A stretch of 64,000 nt of DNA from an uncultured Candidatus Saccharibacteria bacterium (GCA_964598205.1 CAZRBB010000001.1:28199-92198), one strand, 5' to 3'. Counted from the first letter of the stretch, positions 41,325-50,231 are shown. Translations and numbers: made by a program. The notes: generated by a model not told the origin, from the sequence alone.

Positions 41325-42833
41325 GTGGAAAAAATAAATGTCAACACTTTGTTTCCCTCCTCCCTATTTGCTAAAATTAAAGAGATGAAAAAAAAGCGGT
41401 CCCCAAAAAAAGCAAAATCAAAGTCAAAGCCAAAAGCCAAATCTCCTGCGCCTTCTGTTTTTAAAAAGAACATTGTTTTTTTAATTCTGGCAATCTGCCT
41501 GATCGCTGGTGGCATATTTCTTTTGGCAAAAAACCATCCGTCCTCCCCAAATTTTCCACTTCCTGTTCCCCAAAGATCCAAAGAAGCGATTTTGGAAGAC
41601 GCCAAAAAAGGAATAGAGAATCGTAAGCGCGACTTTACCGTTTCTAAGCTTAGGCCAGGAAAAACTTACGAATTAAAACAAGTGACCCAAAAATTTCCTT
41701 TTGGAACAGCGCTTTCTTTTAATTTATTATTTGCGCCGAAGGTTTTTTCTAAAAGTCACCCTAGCGGCTACCAAGCAATCATGGACTATCCCGGTGGCTA
41801 CCTTAGCGCTAAAAAAAATTACTTAAAAATATTTCAAGAAAATTTCAACGGTACTACCCCTGAAAACGCCTTTAAATGGGAGTTTATGAATTCACAAGAA
41901 AGAACCGACTGGCGCATTACCGATCAGGCACTGGGCTTTGTAAAGAAAGATCCCGTGCTTTTAGAAAATTTTCGCGGTCATTGTGTTTTTTGGAACAGAA
42001 AAGTTCGCCTACCAGATTATTTACAAAACGCTTCCCAAGAAGAAATAAGAGAAGCAGTTTTTTCCCAAAGGCTAGCCATGATCAAGCGCTATCCCCAAAT
42101 CAAAGAGTGGGATCTAATCAATGAACCAATTATTCGCCCAGCTTACCTTAAAGACGGTGTTGATCACATGGAAGTTGTTTTTGATCCCCAAAAAGACCTT
42201 GATTTTTTTGTTTCTCTTTTTATTGAGGCTCGGAAAATCAATCCCCAAGCACGATATTTTGTTAACGAAAACCTACTTTTAAGTGGCAAGAATACGCCAA
42301 AGATTATGCAATTTGTAAAAGCGTTGACCGAAAAAGGCGCCAAGCCAGACGGTATTGGTATAGAGGGGCATTTTTCTTCCGATTACAATCCGTTCACCTT
42401 AGAAACCGCCGAAAAGAATCTAAAAGAACTGGCCTCCTTGGGGCTTCCTCTAAAAATAACGGAATTAGATTTTCCCCGTTCTTCTTTTTTGGGGAGTGAA
42501 GATCCTGAGCAAAAACGCGCCACCTATTTAAAAGAAATGCTGACACTTTTTTACGGTACGCCTCAAATAGAAGGTATTTATTTTTGGGGATTTGCCGATC
42601 CGGTTCACTGGAAAGGCAATGAAGGTGCTGGCTTGTTTGATTCTGAATTAAAAATAAAAATAGCAGGCGAAGAATTTCAAAAACTGACCCAAGAAGAATG
42701 GGTTACCAAGGAAACCAAAACCGCCGAAGATAACGGAATCATCAACTTCCGCGGCTTTCCTGGCCGTTACCAAATTATAGATCAGGCTTCTGGGAGAAAA
42801 GTTAAAGAAGTAGTCTTAGAGGAGGCTCCTTGA
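41325..42833 (+). CDS. Membrane-anchored glycoside hydrolase, GH10-like (clan GH-A)
   Basis: Lys-rich N-region then a TM. Acid/base motif WDLINEP and nucleophile motif ITELD in the (beta/alpha)8 order typical of GH10. The Met at 41386 is an alternative start. Confidence 0.55.
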   Translation: MEKINVNTLFPSSLFAKIKEMKKKRSPKKAKSKSKPKAKSPAPSVFKKNIVFLILAICLIAGGIFLLAKNHPSSPNFPLPVPQRSKEAILEDAKKGIENRKRDFTVSKLRPGKTYELKQVTQKFPFGTALSFNLLFAPKVFSKSHPSGYQAIMDYPGGYLSAKKNYLKIFQENFNGTTPENAFKWEFMNSQERTDWRITDQALGFVKKDPVLLENFRGHCVFWNRKVRLPDYLQNASQEEIREAVFSQRLAMIKRYPQIKEWDLINEPIIRPAYLKDGVDHMEVVFDPQKDLDFFVSLFIEARKINPQARYFVNENLLLSGKNTPKIMQFVKALTEKGAKPDGIGIEGHFSSDYNPFTLETAEKNLKELASLGLPLKITELDFPRSSFLGSEDPEQKRATYLKEMLTLFYGTPQIEGIYFWGFADPVHWKGNEGAGLFDSELKIKIAGEEFQKLTQEEWVTKETKTAEDNGIINFRGFPGRYQIIDQASGRKVKEVVLEEAP

Positions 42834-42904
42834 TTATTATCTTGGTAGTTTCTTCGGACAGACTAAGAGCCGTGTCTGGCAGAAGAAACTACCAAGATAA
42901 TAAT
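42833..42904. terminator. Long perfect-palindrome bidirectional terminator
   Basis: 23-bp perfect inverted repeat ATTATTATCTTGGTAGTTTCTTC/GAAGAAACTACCAAGATAATAAT with a 26-nt loop that holds a nested CAGAC/GTCTG pair. Lies between two convergent genes. Confidence 0.65.
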
Positions 42905-42921
42905 CGGGAGTATCATCAAGC

Positions 42922-43950
42922 CTATTCCAGCCCCTTTTTAATCAAAAACCTGGCCTTTCTAATTTCTCGTTCCATTCTCTCTTTATCTTTCAATAGAAAG
43001 CGATTGAATTTTTTCCGTGTTTCTTCTGGCAAAATTGCAATGGCCTCTTTTATTTTTAGAGCCAAATCTTGGGAGTCTCTTTTTTGGGAAAAGATGGCGA
43101 TTTTAGAAAAGTAATGCCTTAGGGCGCCGGTATCGGTAGTAACAAAAACTTTTCTTAGGGCCAGTGCTTCTCTAATTGACCAAAGAACCGTTTTATTTCT
43201 TAGGGTTAAGCACAGCGCTACTTTGGAGCGAGCCATTAGTTTTAAAAATTCTATATGCTCCAAGTAGCCAGTAAAAATTAGGTTCGCAGGCAATCCTTCT
43301 TTTTCTTCCGATTCTAAAAGACCAGGATCTCCGGTTATAAAAAAATCCCAGTTAGGATTATTTTTAGCTGTTTCCCTAATAGTAGGGAAGTCATCGTCGT
43401 TCGGAGCAAAGCGGTTAACCACTAAAACGGGAAAAGTTGATTTTTCTATTTTTGCCGCCAGCTTCTTATTTTCTAATGGTTTCCCCAGTGCTCCTTTGTC
43501 CAAATCGGGTGTGGCAAACTGAACTTCTAAGGAAGGGACTTGCCAACGCCGTAGAATTTGTAAGTCAAATTTATTATGAGCAGTTACTATAATTGATTTT
43601 CTAAAAATAAATTTTCCAAAGAAATGAAAGTGTCGCCATTTTTTGCTTCTAAAAAAAACAGAATGATTATCTACTCCGAATTTAGTTTTTGGATAAAAAA
43701 AGGAAAAACAAGAAACAATTAAAATCGGTAAGAGTGGAGGATTTTGAATAAAAACGAATCTGGGCCGTTCGCGGAAAAGCCACTTTATAGTGCGCACGCT
43801 CTGCTCAAAATACCGAACCAAAAAATGAGCCCCAGGATTTTTAGCCTGAGCCAGAACCACTTGCAAACCCAATGCCAAAGCCAAGTTCCGGCTGAGTTGG
43901 TCTTCTCGTGGCCAAATTAAAAAGCATTTTTTATTCTCCAAAATTTTCAC
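42922..43950 (-). CDS. Glycosyltransferase (GT-B fold, family 1/4-like)
   Basis: Rossmann-like halves in GT-B arrangement, in a glycan gene context. Family assignment is tentative. Confidence 0.5.
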   Translation of the reverse strand: MKILENKKCFLIWPREDQLSRNLALALGLQVVLAQAKNPGAHFLVRYFEQSVRTIKWLFRERPRFVFIQNPPLLPILIVSCFSFFYPKTKFGVDNHSVFFRSKKWRHFHFFGKFIFRKSIIVTAHNKFDLQILRRWQVPSLEVQFATPDLDKGALGKPLENKKLAAKIEKSTFPVLVVNRFAPNDDDFPTIRETAKNNPNWDFFITGDPGLLESEEKEGLPANLIFTGYLEHIEFLKLMARSKVALCLTLRNKTVLWSIREALALRKVFVTTDTGALRHYFSKIAIFSQKRDSQDLALKIKEAIAILPEETRKKFNRFLLKDKERMEREIRKARFLIKKGLE

Positions 43951-45181
43951 GGAAGCAATTTTTAAATATTTCTAAGTACTTAGAAGAAGTTTGGGAAGAA
44001 GAATACTGATGCCGAAAGCTAAAGTCAATTTTTTTGCTATTCAAATCTTTCAAGCTCAAATTGGCTAAAGCCACCGGCCAATCCTCATAACTAAGGGCAA
44101 TCCCGGCCTGGTATTTTTTAATGATTTTCGCGGTTTCAAAAACATCACTATTTACAATGATTGGTAAAAAACTTCCCCAGTAATCGGTAATTTTAGAAAA
44201 AAGCGTAATGTTTTTAAATAAAGCTGGCTTTGCTAGGCAGATGCCAATGTCCCCGGCCGAAAGGTAGTAATAGCGCTCACAAGCGGGGAACAGGGAGATG
44301 GCATAATCCCTTTTTTCTTCCAAGCCTCTTTCCTTGGCCCACTCTTTGATTCTATTTTTTAAGCCGGCGGATTCCGGTCGTGCGTTGTCTTCCTTGCCAT
44401 AGATTTGAAAAAAGATAGTCGGGTCTTGTTTTTTTAAGGCACAAATCACATCTAGCATTTTAGGAAAATCGTACCAAACTTCTAGCGCGCCAGCGTAAAT
44501 CACTACTTTTTTCCCCACAAATCCAAGTTTTTTTCGCCAAGCTTCCCGGTCCCAATCTTTATCAGGCAAAAGCGCTTCTTCAAAATAATTAGGAATCGTT
44601 ACGATTTTATTTTTTAAACTTTTATCGCGGTGCAATTCAACTAAGTGTTGCCCCAAGAAAGGAGTCTCTACGCGGGTCAAATAAGATTCTTTGATTCCTT
44701 TTTTTTCTAACCATTTAATTAGTGGTCCGTACAATGTATTTTTTAAGCCACCATAGTAATGGCGCTTAGCCCAATAAGCAGCGAGTGGGGAATAAACAAA
44801 GGGAATTTTTTTAGTTTTCTTTAAAATTAATGCCACCGGAATAAATTTGTAGCTCAGAAACAAAAGAACAGTCGGTGTTCCAAAAGAACAAAGAGGATTT
44901 AGGATTTTTAAGGCTTCTTTGGTAAAATTAACAATAGTGGGAATAGCGGTAAAACGAGAAACAAAAATAGAATGCCATTTAATGCCAGCGGTTCGTAATT
45001 CTTCTTCCGCCTCCGCCCGAAACTTTTCTTGAGCACTAAAACCGCCTCCTCGTGTTTCTATTAAGTGCGTTTCTATTCCCGATCTTTGAGCCGCTTTTAG
45101 GGTAGCGTACACAGTGGATTGAGGCTCTCCGTTAGAAAGAGGCATTTCCACCAAAGCGATTAGGCGTTTTATTTGAGGCAT
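43931..45181 (-). CDS. Glycosyltransferase family 4-like (GT-B)
   Basis: C-terminal half carries a VVIYAGAL...FQIYGK pattern typical of GT4 donor-binding domains. Confidence 0.55.
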   Translation of the reverse strand: MPQIKRLIALVEMPLSNGEPQSTVYATLKAAQRSGIETHLIETRGGGFSAQEKFRAEAEEELRTAGIKWHSIFVSRFTAIPTIVNFTKEALKILNPLCSFGTPTVLLFLSYKFIPVALILKKTKKIPFVYSPLAAYWAKRHYYGGLKNTLYGPLIKWLEKKGIKESYLTRVETPFLGQHLVELHRDKSLKNKIVTIPNYFEEALLPDKDWDREAWRKKLGFVGKKVVIYAGALEVWYDFPKMLDVICALKKQDPTIFFQIYGKEDNARPESAGLKNRIKEWAKERGLEEKRDYAISLFPACERYYYLSAGDIGICLAKPALFKNITLFSKITDYWGSFLPIIVNSDVFETAKIIKKYQAGIALSYEDWPVALANLSLKDLNSKKIDFSFRHQYSSSQTSSKYLEIFKNCFRENFGE

Positions 45182-45273
45182 TTTTTTTAAATAATAGAAC
45201 TACACCCAAACGCGCAAGTTCAGAATAGGATCCTTACTGTTATGATAGCGGATAGGGTGGTAAAATTCAATCA

Positions 45274-46749
45274 ATGATAAAAGATCGCAACCGAAAAAAA
45301 GCTTACCTTTATTTCTTGATTCTTTTTGTTTTTGGCTTACTTTCTTTGCTTGGGTTTGGTTTGTTAAATTTGAACGAGCGTTTTCTAATTATTACTTTTC
45401 TCTCTTCCGCACTGCTTCTTTTAGCCTTTTTCCGCTTGGACTGGCTTTTATTTTTTGTAATCCTTTCTTTGGTTTTTAATCGTTGGCTACTTACTTACCA
45501 AATTGATTTTGGTTTTTTATCCCAATTTTTTGGGGTAAAAGAACTGTTAGTTAGTCCCTACACTTTAATTTATGGCTTAATAGTCTTTCTTTTTTTGGTG
45601 GAGTTTCTTAGTGCCCCGAGAAAAGTATTCAAGGCTCCACTTGTTTGGTTGATCGTTTTGGCCGTGGTTTTTAACGGACTATCTTTTTGGAAAGCTGAAT
45701 ATAAACTTTCTGGCCTTAACGATTGGCTATATTTTTTGGGATTCTTTGCCGCTTATTTTTTAGGGTTCTTGCGTTTTAATTCTCCTCGTGACTATTTAAA
45801 GCTCTTAATTTTCTTGATTTTAGCTGCGATAGTGCCTTTATTTTTTGCTTTTCGTCAATTAATTTTAGGAGACTTCTTTTACGAAGGCGATTCCGGACTA
45901 CCGCGCTTAATTGGTAGTTTTTTTCATCCCAACACTCTAGGCTCTTTTTTCTTAGTGGCAGTGACTGTTTCTTGGGCATTATTTTTAGCCAGTGTAGAAG
46001 GAGCTAAGGGGAATCATTTTTTTAAATCCAGTAAATTATTTTTTATTGTCTTTCTTTTATTTTTAGTCGGAATGGGATTTACTTTTTCCCGTTCTTCCTG
46101 GATCGGCGCCATCGTTGCCCTCTTGGTTGTTTCTTTTTCCAGACCTTGGTTTAAAAAGTTTTTTCTATTGGGTGCTGTTTTTTTAGCACTTACTATTTTT
46201 ATCCTAACTCCTTTGCGTCAAAGAGTAATCGAAGTTTTTCATCCAAGAATGTTCGACACGCTTCATTCCCGTTTTGAAATTTGGGATTGGGCCTTGTTCG
46301 CCTTCCGCGACCATCCTTGGACTGGTTATGGTTTTGGATCGTTCGAAAAGGTGGTTCAAGAAGTGCGCGGTTACGACTCCGGCAATGCTTATCCGCACAG
46401 TGACACGGTTTTATTTTTAACAGAGAGAGGCATTTTAGGATTTTTAGGCTATCTTTTCTATATGCTGGGTGCAATTTTTTACGCTTTCCGCGGCTATTTG
46501 CGGCCACCATTGGAAAAAAGAAGATTGAGTTTTTTTGGGAAAAGTCAGTTCTGGGATTTTAAAGTTTTAGGATCTATTCCTTTGGCGCTATTTGTGGCAA
46601 TGGTTCTAGTTTCTTTGGTAGAATCACCAGTTCGCGACTTTACTTTTCAATTCTTAAGCTGGATTCTTTTAGGAAGCTTTTTGGGTTTTTCCAGAAAGAA
46701 AAAGAAACGAGCTACCACCGAGGATCCATCAACCTTGCCGGCGGAATAG
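45274..46749 (+). CDS. O-antigen ligase/polymerase-like (Wzy/WaaL family) membrane protein
   Basis: About 12 TM helices and a periplasmic loop with FTFSRSSWIGAIVALLVV, the signature region of O-antigen ligase-like proteins. Confidence 0.7.
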   Translation: MIKDRNRKKAYLYFLILFVFGLLSLLGFGLLNLNERFLIITFLSSALLLLAFFRLDWLLFFVILSLVFNRWLLTYQIDFGFLSQFFGVKELLVSPYTLIYGLIVFLFLVEFLSAPRKVFKAPLVWLIVLAVVFNGLSFWKAEYKLSGLNDWLYFLGFFAAYFLGFLRFNSPRDYLKLLIFLILAAIVPLFFAFRQLILGDFFYEGDSGLPRLIGSFFHPNTLGSFFLVAVTVSWALFLASVEGAKGNHFFKSSKLFFIVFLLFLVGMGFTFSRSSWIGAIVALLVVSFSRPWFKKFFLLGAVFLALTIFILTPLRQRVIEVFHPRMFDTLHSRFEIWDWALFAFRDHPWTGYGFGSFEKVVQEVRGYDSGNAYPHSDTVLFLTERGILGFLGYLFYMLGAIFYAFRGYLRPPLEKRRLSFFGKSQFWDFKVLGSIPLALFVAMVLVSLVESPVRDFTFQFLSWILLGSFLGFSRKKKKRATTEDPSTLPAE

Positions 46750-46803
46750 TTTTTAATTTATTTAGAATTTGTGTATAAGCCCCATTATTTTTAAATCAAT
46801 TTT

Positions 46804-47739
46804 ATGGTTAAAGATTCAAGCCAAAAAGAGGAGAAAAAATTCCAGCTAGGTTGTGATTACGAACGGATTGCCGCGTGGACCATGAGCAAAACTTGCAATT
46901 TTCAATGTGATTATTGTTTTTACAATTCTTCACAGATGGGTCTAGCCAAGAAGGCGGCCACAAAATTTCTAGAAAAAGCAACCTTTCTTAATCCTTATCG
47001 CACCCGAGTGATTACTCCAGAAGCGGCTAAAGATTTTTTTGATCGTACTGCTAAGCGCTGGTATTTAATTCTTTCTGGCGGTGAGCCTTTTATTTATCCT
47101 AAATTTACAGAAATTGCCGCTACTCTGACCGAACGCCATTTAATTACCGTGGCCACCAATTTAAGTCGGCCAGTAGAAGCTTTTATTAAAGCGGTTAATC
47201 CCAAGAATGTGCGCGAACTCTACGCTTCCCTTCACTTGGGCGAACGGCGCAAAATGAGTATTAAACTTTCGGTAGAAGAGTTTTTGGAAAAGGCAATAAA
47301 ACTAAGAGACGCCGGCTTTACGGTTAATCCCGACTTTGTACTTTATCCACCACTAATCAAGGAATATAAAAATATTTTTGCGCAGTTTAAAAAAGAAGGA
47401 TTTTTTATAGAAGCCAAAGTTTTCCGAGGTCTTTGGGATGGTCGTCGTTATCCGGCTGCTTTTACCAAAAAAGAACGCACCGATTTTTTAGCGTTTATTC
47501 CTCATCCAGTAGACCGCGCTTCTGCTTTTAATTCGTTATCTTTTAAGGGGAAAATTTGTTCGGCCGGTATTGATTTTTTCCGGATCACTCCCAATGGAAC
47601 CATTACTCGTTGCACCGATGATTGGGAAAAGATTGGTAATATATTTACTGGGGTTTTTAAGCCGCATGCCGTCTTAAAAAAGTGCCGATCCAAGGAGTGT
47701 GGCTGTACTGTAGCGCCGAAAGAGGGTTGCGTGATTTAG
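46804..47739 (+). CDS. Radical SAM domain protein (small, Cys-rich C-terminus)
   Basis: CNFQCDYC (CxxxCxxC) then ILSGGEPFIYP. The C-terminus carries additional Cys (CTDDW...CRSKECGCT). Paralog of 4692..5690. Confidence 0.7.
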   Translation: MVKDSSQKEEKKFQLGCDYERIAAWTMSKTCNFQCDYCFYNSSQMGLAKKAATKFLEKATFLNPYRTRVITPEAAKDFFDRTAKRWYLILSGGEPFIYPKFTEIAATLTERHLITVATNLSRPVEAFIKAVNPKNVRELYASLHLGERRKMSIKLSVEEFLEKAIKLRDAGFTVNPDFVLYPPLIKEYKNIFAQFKKEGFFIEAKVFRGLWDGRRYPAAFTKKERTDFLAFIPHPVDRASAFNSLSFKGKICSAGIDFFRITPNGTITRCTDDWEKIGNIFTGVFKPHAVLKKCRSKECGCTVAPKEGCVI

Positions 47740-47749
47740 CAGAAAACAA

Positions 47750-47816
47750 AAAACTGCTAAAGAAAAAGAGTTTTTTGTTGTCCTAGAATCAGGACACTAT
47801 TTTCTTTAGCAGTTTT
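47750..47816. terminator. Nested palindromic hairpin, probable bidirectional terminator
   Basis: 17-bp perfect inverted repeat AAAACTGCTAAAGAAAA/TTTTCTTTAGCAGTTTT enclosing an inner GTCCT/AGGAC pair. Lies between two convergent genes. Confidence 0.6.
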
Positions 47817-47883
47817 GAAATTGCCTATTTAAAGGGAAGCCGACGGAGGCAATAATCCCGCACAGTTCCCTGGCTACATTGAG

Positions 47884-48852
47884 CTACCAGATTACGCTCA
47901 TGTAGCAATTTTCTACCGCACAGGCATACGAGCACCGGCCGGTGGTGAGACTTGTGGTCAGCTCGCGGGCCTTGATCAATGCTTTTCGAAGCAGCCCATC
48001 AAGCCGTTCCTTTGTCCCGGTCCAGTTGCAAACCCCAACCTGTACCTCTTTGCCAGGGGCCCAATACTTAACCGTTACCAAATCTTGAGCACCTGCATCC
48101 TGCCCATAAATCACGCGGTATTCCTCAAGCCGCTCTTCGCCGATCTTGGTCCAGGCGCTTCCGATAGACGAAGTCTTGGGGCAGTCATCGCCAACGCAAC
48201 CGCCGGTCCTTGGCGCGTAACCAGTGCCCCCACTTCCGCCCGCATGACCGCCAGACCGTACGCCCTTGCCGCCAGATCCTCCGCTTCTTCTGCCTTTAAC
48301 ACCTTCGTCGCAGAGATTGGATTGCTTGGCAATCAGGAGATCCGTTTCGATTTTTTTTGCCAATATCAGGTCGGCCTCAATTTTTTTTGCGGTGATCAGC
48401 TCTGCCTCGATTTTTTTGGTATGGACTGATTCCGCTTCGAGCCGATTCACTTTCAGGCTGGGCTTCCGATTGGCATAGTACGCCTTCCGCAATTCCCGAC
48501 CCTTCTTTATCGCTATTTCCATGTCGTCCCGTGTTGTCGGGTGCCGCAACACCATCCCCGCCGGTAGGTTGTCCACCTGGGAAATGTTGAGCCCAGTATG
48601 CGCGGCAACGACCCACGCATTCCATCCTACTTTGTCGGAGTAACCCATCAGGGTTGCCCCGCTCGGCAGAGTCCCCTCGGCGATTACGCCCAGGGCGTCT
48701 ACAATGTTTTGCGTGTCCCCAGCAATCTTGTCCAGTTTTTCTTCCATGCGATCCAATTGATCGCTGTTCCCCAAGGCCAGAACTTCGGCCGTGGGTGCCC
48801 CTGTCAACGCCAACAAAAAAATCCCCAATACTACCAATGCCAGTTTTTTCAT
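47884..48852 (-). CDS. Secreted LysM-domain protein with 11-aa tandem repeats and a Gly-rich/Cys-rich C-terminal region; GC-rich island gene
   Basis: Signal peptide MKKLALVVLGIFLLALTGAPTA, a LysM-like block (GYSDKVGWNAWVVAAHTGLNISQVDNLPAGMVLRHP), repeats AKKIEA(E/D)LI(T/L), a GGSGG linker and a Cys-rich end. Local GC is visibly higher than the flanks and the third codon positions are GC-rich. Confidence 0.6.
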   Translation of the reverse strand: MKKLALVVLGIFLLALTGAPTAEVLALGNSDQLDRMEEKLDKIAGDTQNIVDALGVIAEGTLPSGATLMGYSDKVGWNAWVVAAHTGLNISQVDNLPAGMVLRHPTTRDDMEIAIKKGRELRKAYYANRKPSLKVNRLEAESVHTKKIEAELITAKKIEADLILAKKIETDLLIAKQSNLCDEGVKGRRSGGSGGKGVRSGGHAGGSGGTGYAPRTGGCVGDDCPKTSSIGSAWTKIGEERLEEYRVIYGQDAGAQDLVTVKYWAPGKEVQVGVCNWTGTKERLDGLLRKALIKARELTTSLTTGRCSYACAVENCYMSVIW

Positions 48853-49126
48853 GTTGCCTTCCTTTCATTTCATTCTCTTGTTGTTATTGTTCTTTCATTG
48901 TCTTTTTTCGCCTTTGGTCAACTTAACCAAACTGCCGTCAATTACAAATTTAAAACTACGAACAACAAAAAAATCCGCCATTCGTAATTTTAAATTCGTA
49001 ATTGAGCGTAGTTCGGTTAAGTCGACTTTCTAATTTTTAAAGATCGTTCCTGTCCTCCAGCTTTGGGTAAAAAATTTTCACCCAAGGCCGGAGAGAGGAG
49101 AAAAAATCTCCCCTCTTAGTATGTTT

Positions 49127-49924
49127 TTAACCAAAGTTTTGCCAAAAGCGCGCTCGTAGTTTGGCTTCACTTTCTGCTAATTCTTCTAGATTAAAAAATG
49201 GCAAAGAAGGAGGTGTCTCTATTTTACTAGTTTTTTTAGAAAAATCGTATCCATAATTATTAGGAAATATTTCTGCTTTCTTTTCTTTTTGATACATCCA
49301 AGAATCCACTTTTTCTCCTTTTAAAAAGACCAGCGCAATTCCCAAGAACAAACCCAAAACAGCGGCCCCCAGCGTATTTAGAGGCACATTAGGACTAACT
49401 GGCTTTACAAAAAAAGTCGGTCCGCCAATGTTCTTTAAATACATATTGGGATTACCATGGAGTTTTTCTCCATTATTTATTAGCTCGTTGTTAATTGCCT
49501 TAATCAATTCCTGCCCTTCTTTTTGGTTTTTAGTTAGAACAGCAACCTTTAAGATGCCGGTATCGCTAACCTTACTAGCCTGTACTGTCTTGGCCCAATT
49601 AGAAGACCTTGCCTCAGGATCGGTTCCAAAATCATCTTTTACTGTTTTTGCTCCTTTAATTACCCGATCCATAAAATTAGGAGTGTAAATAATCCGTTCC
49701 AAAATTTCGGCCGCATACTCTGAGCTTTTAGCTGCTCGGTAGGCATCTATGTCTAAATTCTTTTGAAGCACCAAAAGTTGCAAGTCATTTTTGTAAGTCG
49801 GTGGATAAAGCGCACTGAGAATAAAAACCAGCGCCGCACAAAAAGTGGAGCAAAGAAAGATAAAAAACTTTTTATTCATTAATAGATTCCAATCGTCTTT
49901 TTTGGAAATCTGTTTTTCTTCCAT
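49127..49924 (-). CDS. Wzz-like polysaccharide chain-length determinant family protein
   Basis: N-terminal TM, periplasmic domain and a second C-proximal TM (AAVLGLFLGIALVFL); the topology and size fit short Wzz/PCP proteins. Confidence 0.5.
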   Translation of the reverse strand: MEEKQISKKDDWNLLMNKKFFIFLCSTFCAALVFILSALYPPTYKNDLQLLVLQKNLDIDAYRAAKSSEYAAEILERIIYTPNFMDRVIKGAKTVKDDFGTDPEARSSNWAKTVQASKVSDTGILKVAVLTKNQKEGQELIKAINNELINNGEKLHGNPNMYLKNIGGPTFFVKPVSPNVPLNTLGAAVLGLFLGIALVFLKGEKVDSWMYQKEKKAEIFPNNYGYDFSKKTSKIETPPSLPFFNLEELAESEAKLRARFWQNFG

Positions 49925-50042
49925 AAAACTTTTTTAAGAAATAAAGAGAACCCGCTATAAAAGCACATTTACTTAATTTAGTCAATAGCAGGGGAGTAGT
50001 TTTGTAATTGTGAGCCGCTCTCTCTAAAGTCCCAAGCTTTCA

Positions 50043-50202
50043 TAAATAGTTCCAGCTAGGGTTCCTTCTGGGGAGGCTTTTTGATCCGAGCGGGCCGGCT
50101 TCCCTTATAAGAGGGAAGAGCGAGGATCAAAACTTGAGCAAGCGAAGCCGCTGGGCGGAGCGCTGCGTACTCCCCAGAGGGAACCCTGGCTGGAACTATT
50201 TA
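50043..50202. ncRNA. Candidate structured RNA element, copy 1 of 2; unclassified family
   Basis: A 32-bp near-perfect outer inverted repeat encloses an inner hairpin and a short hairpin. These are followed by a 40-nt conserved single-stranded core, AAAACTTGAGCAAGCGAAGCCGCTGGGCGGAGCGCTGCGTACTC. Confidence 0.4.
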
Positions 50203-50231
50203 GCCCCCACCATTGACTAAATAGCAATTTT

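Noticed and set aside
48085-48987. Cluster of 70-160-aa ORFs on both strands inside the GC-rich island
   Set aside because: High GC suppresses stop codons in all frames. Only the 322-aa minus-strand ORF has a signal peptide, a LysM block and repeat structure.
50043-50202. Identification of the structured element as SRP (4.5S) RNA, 6S RNA, RNase P RNA or tmRNA
   Set aside because: The GGAA/GNRA-type domain IV loop of SRP RNA is not conserved between copies (TTATAAG in one, GAA in the other). There is no 6S-like apical stem, and no P4 or tmRNA consensus blocks were seen.
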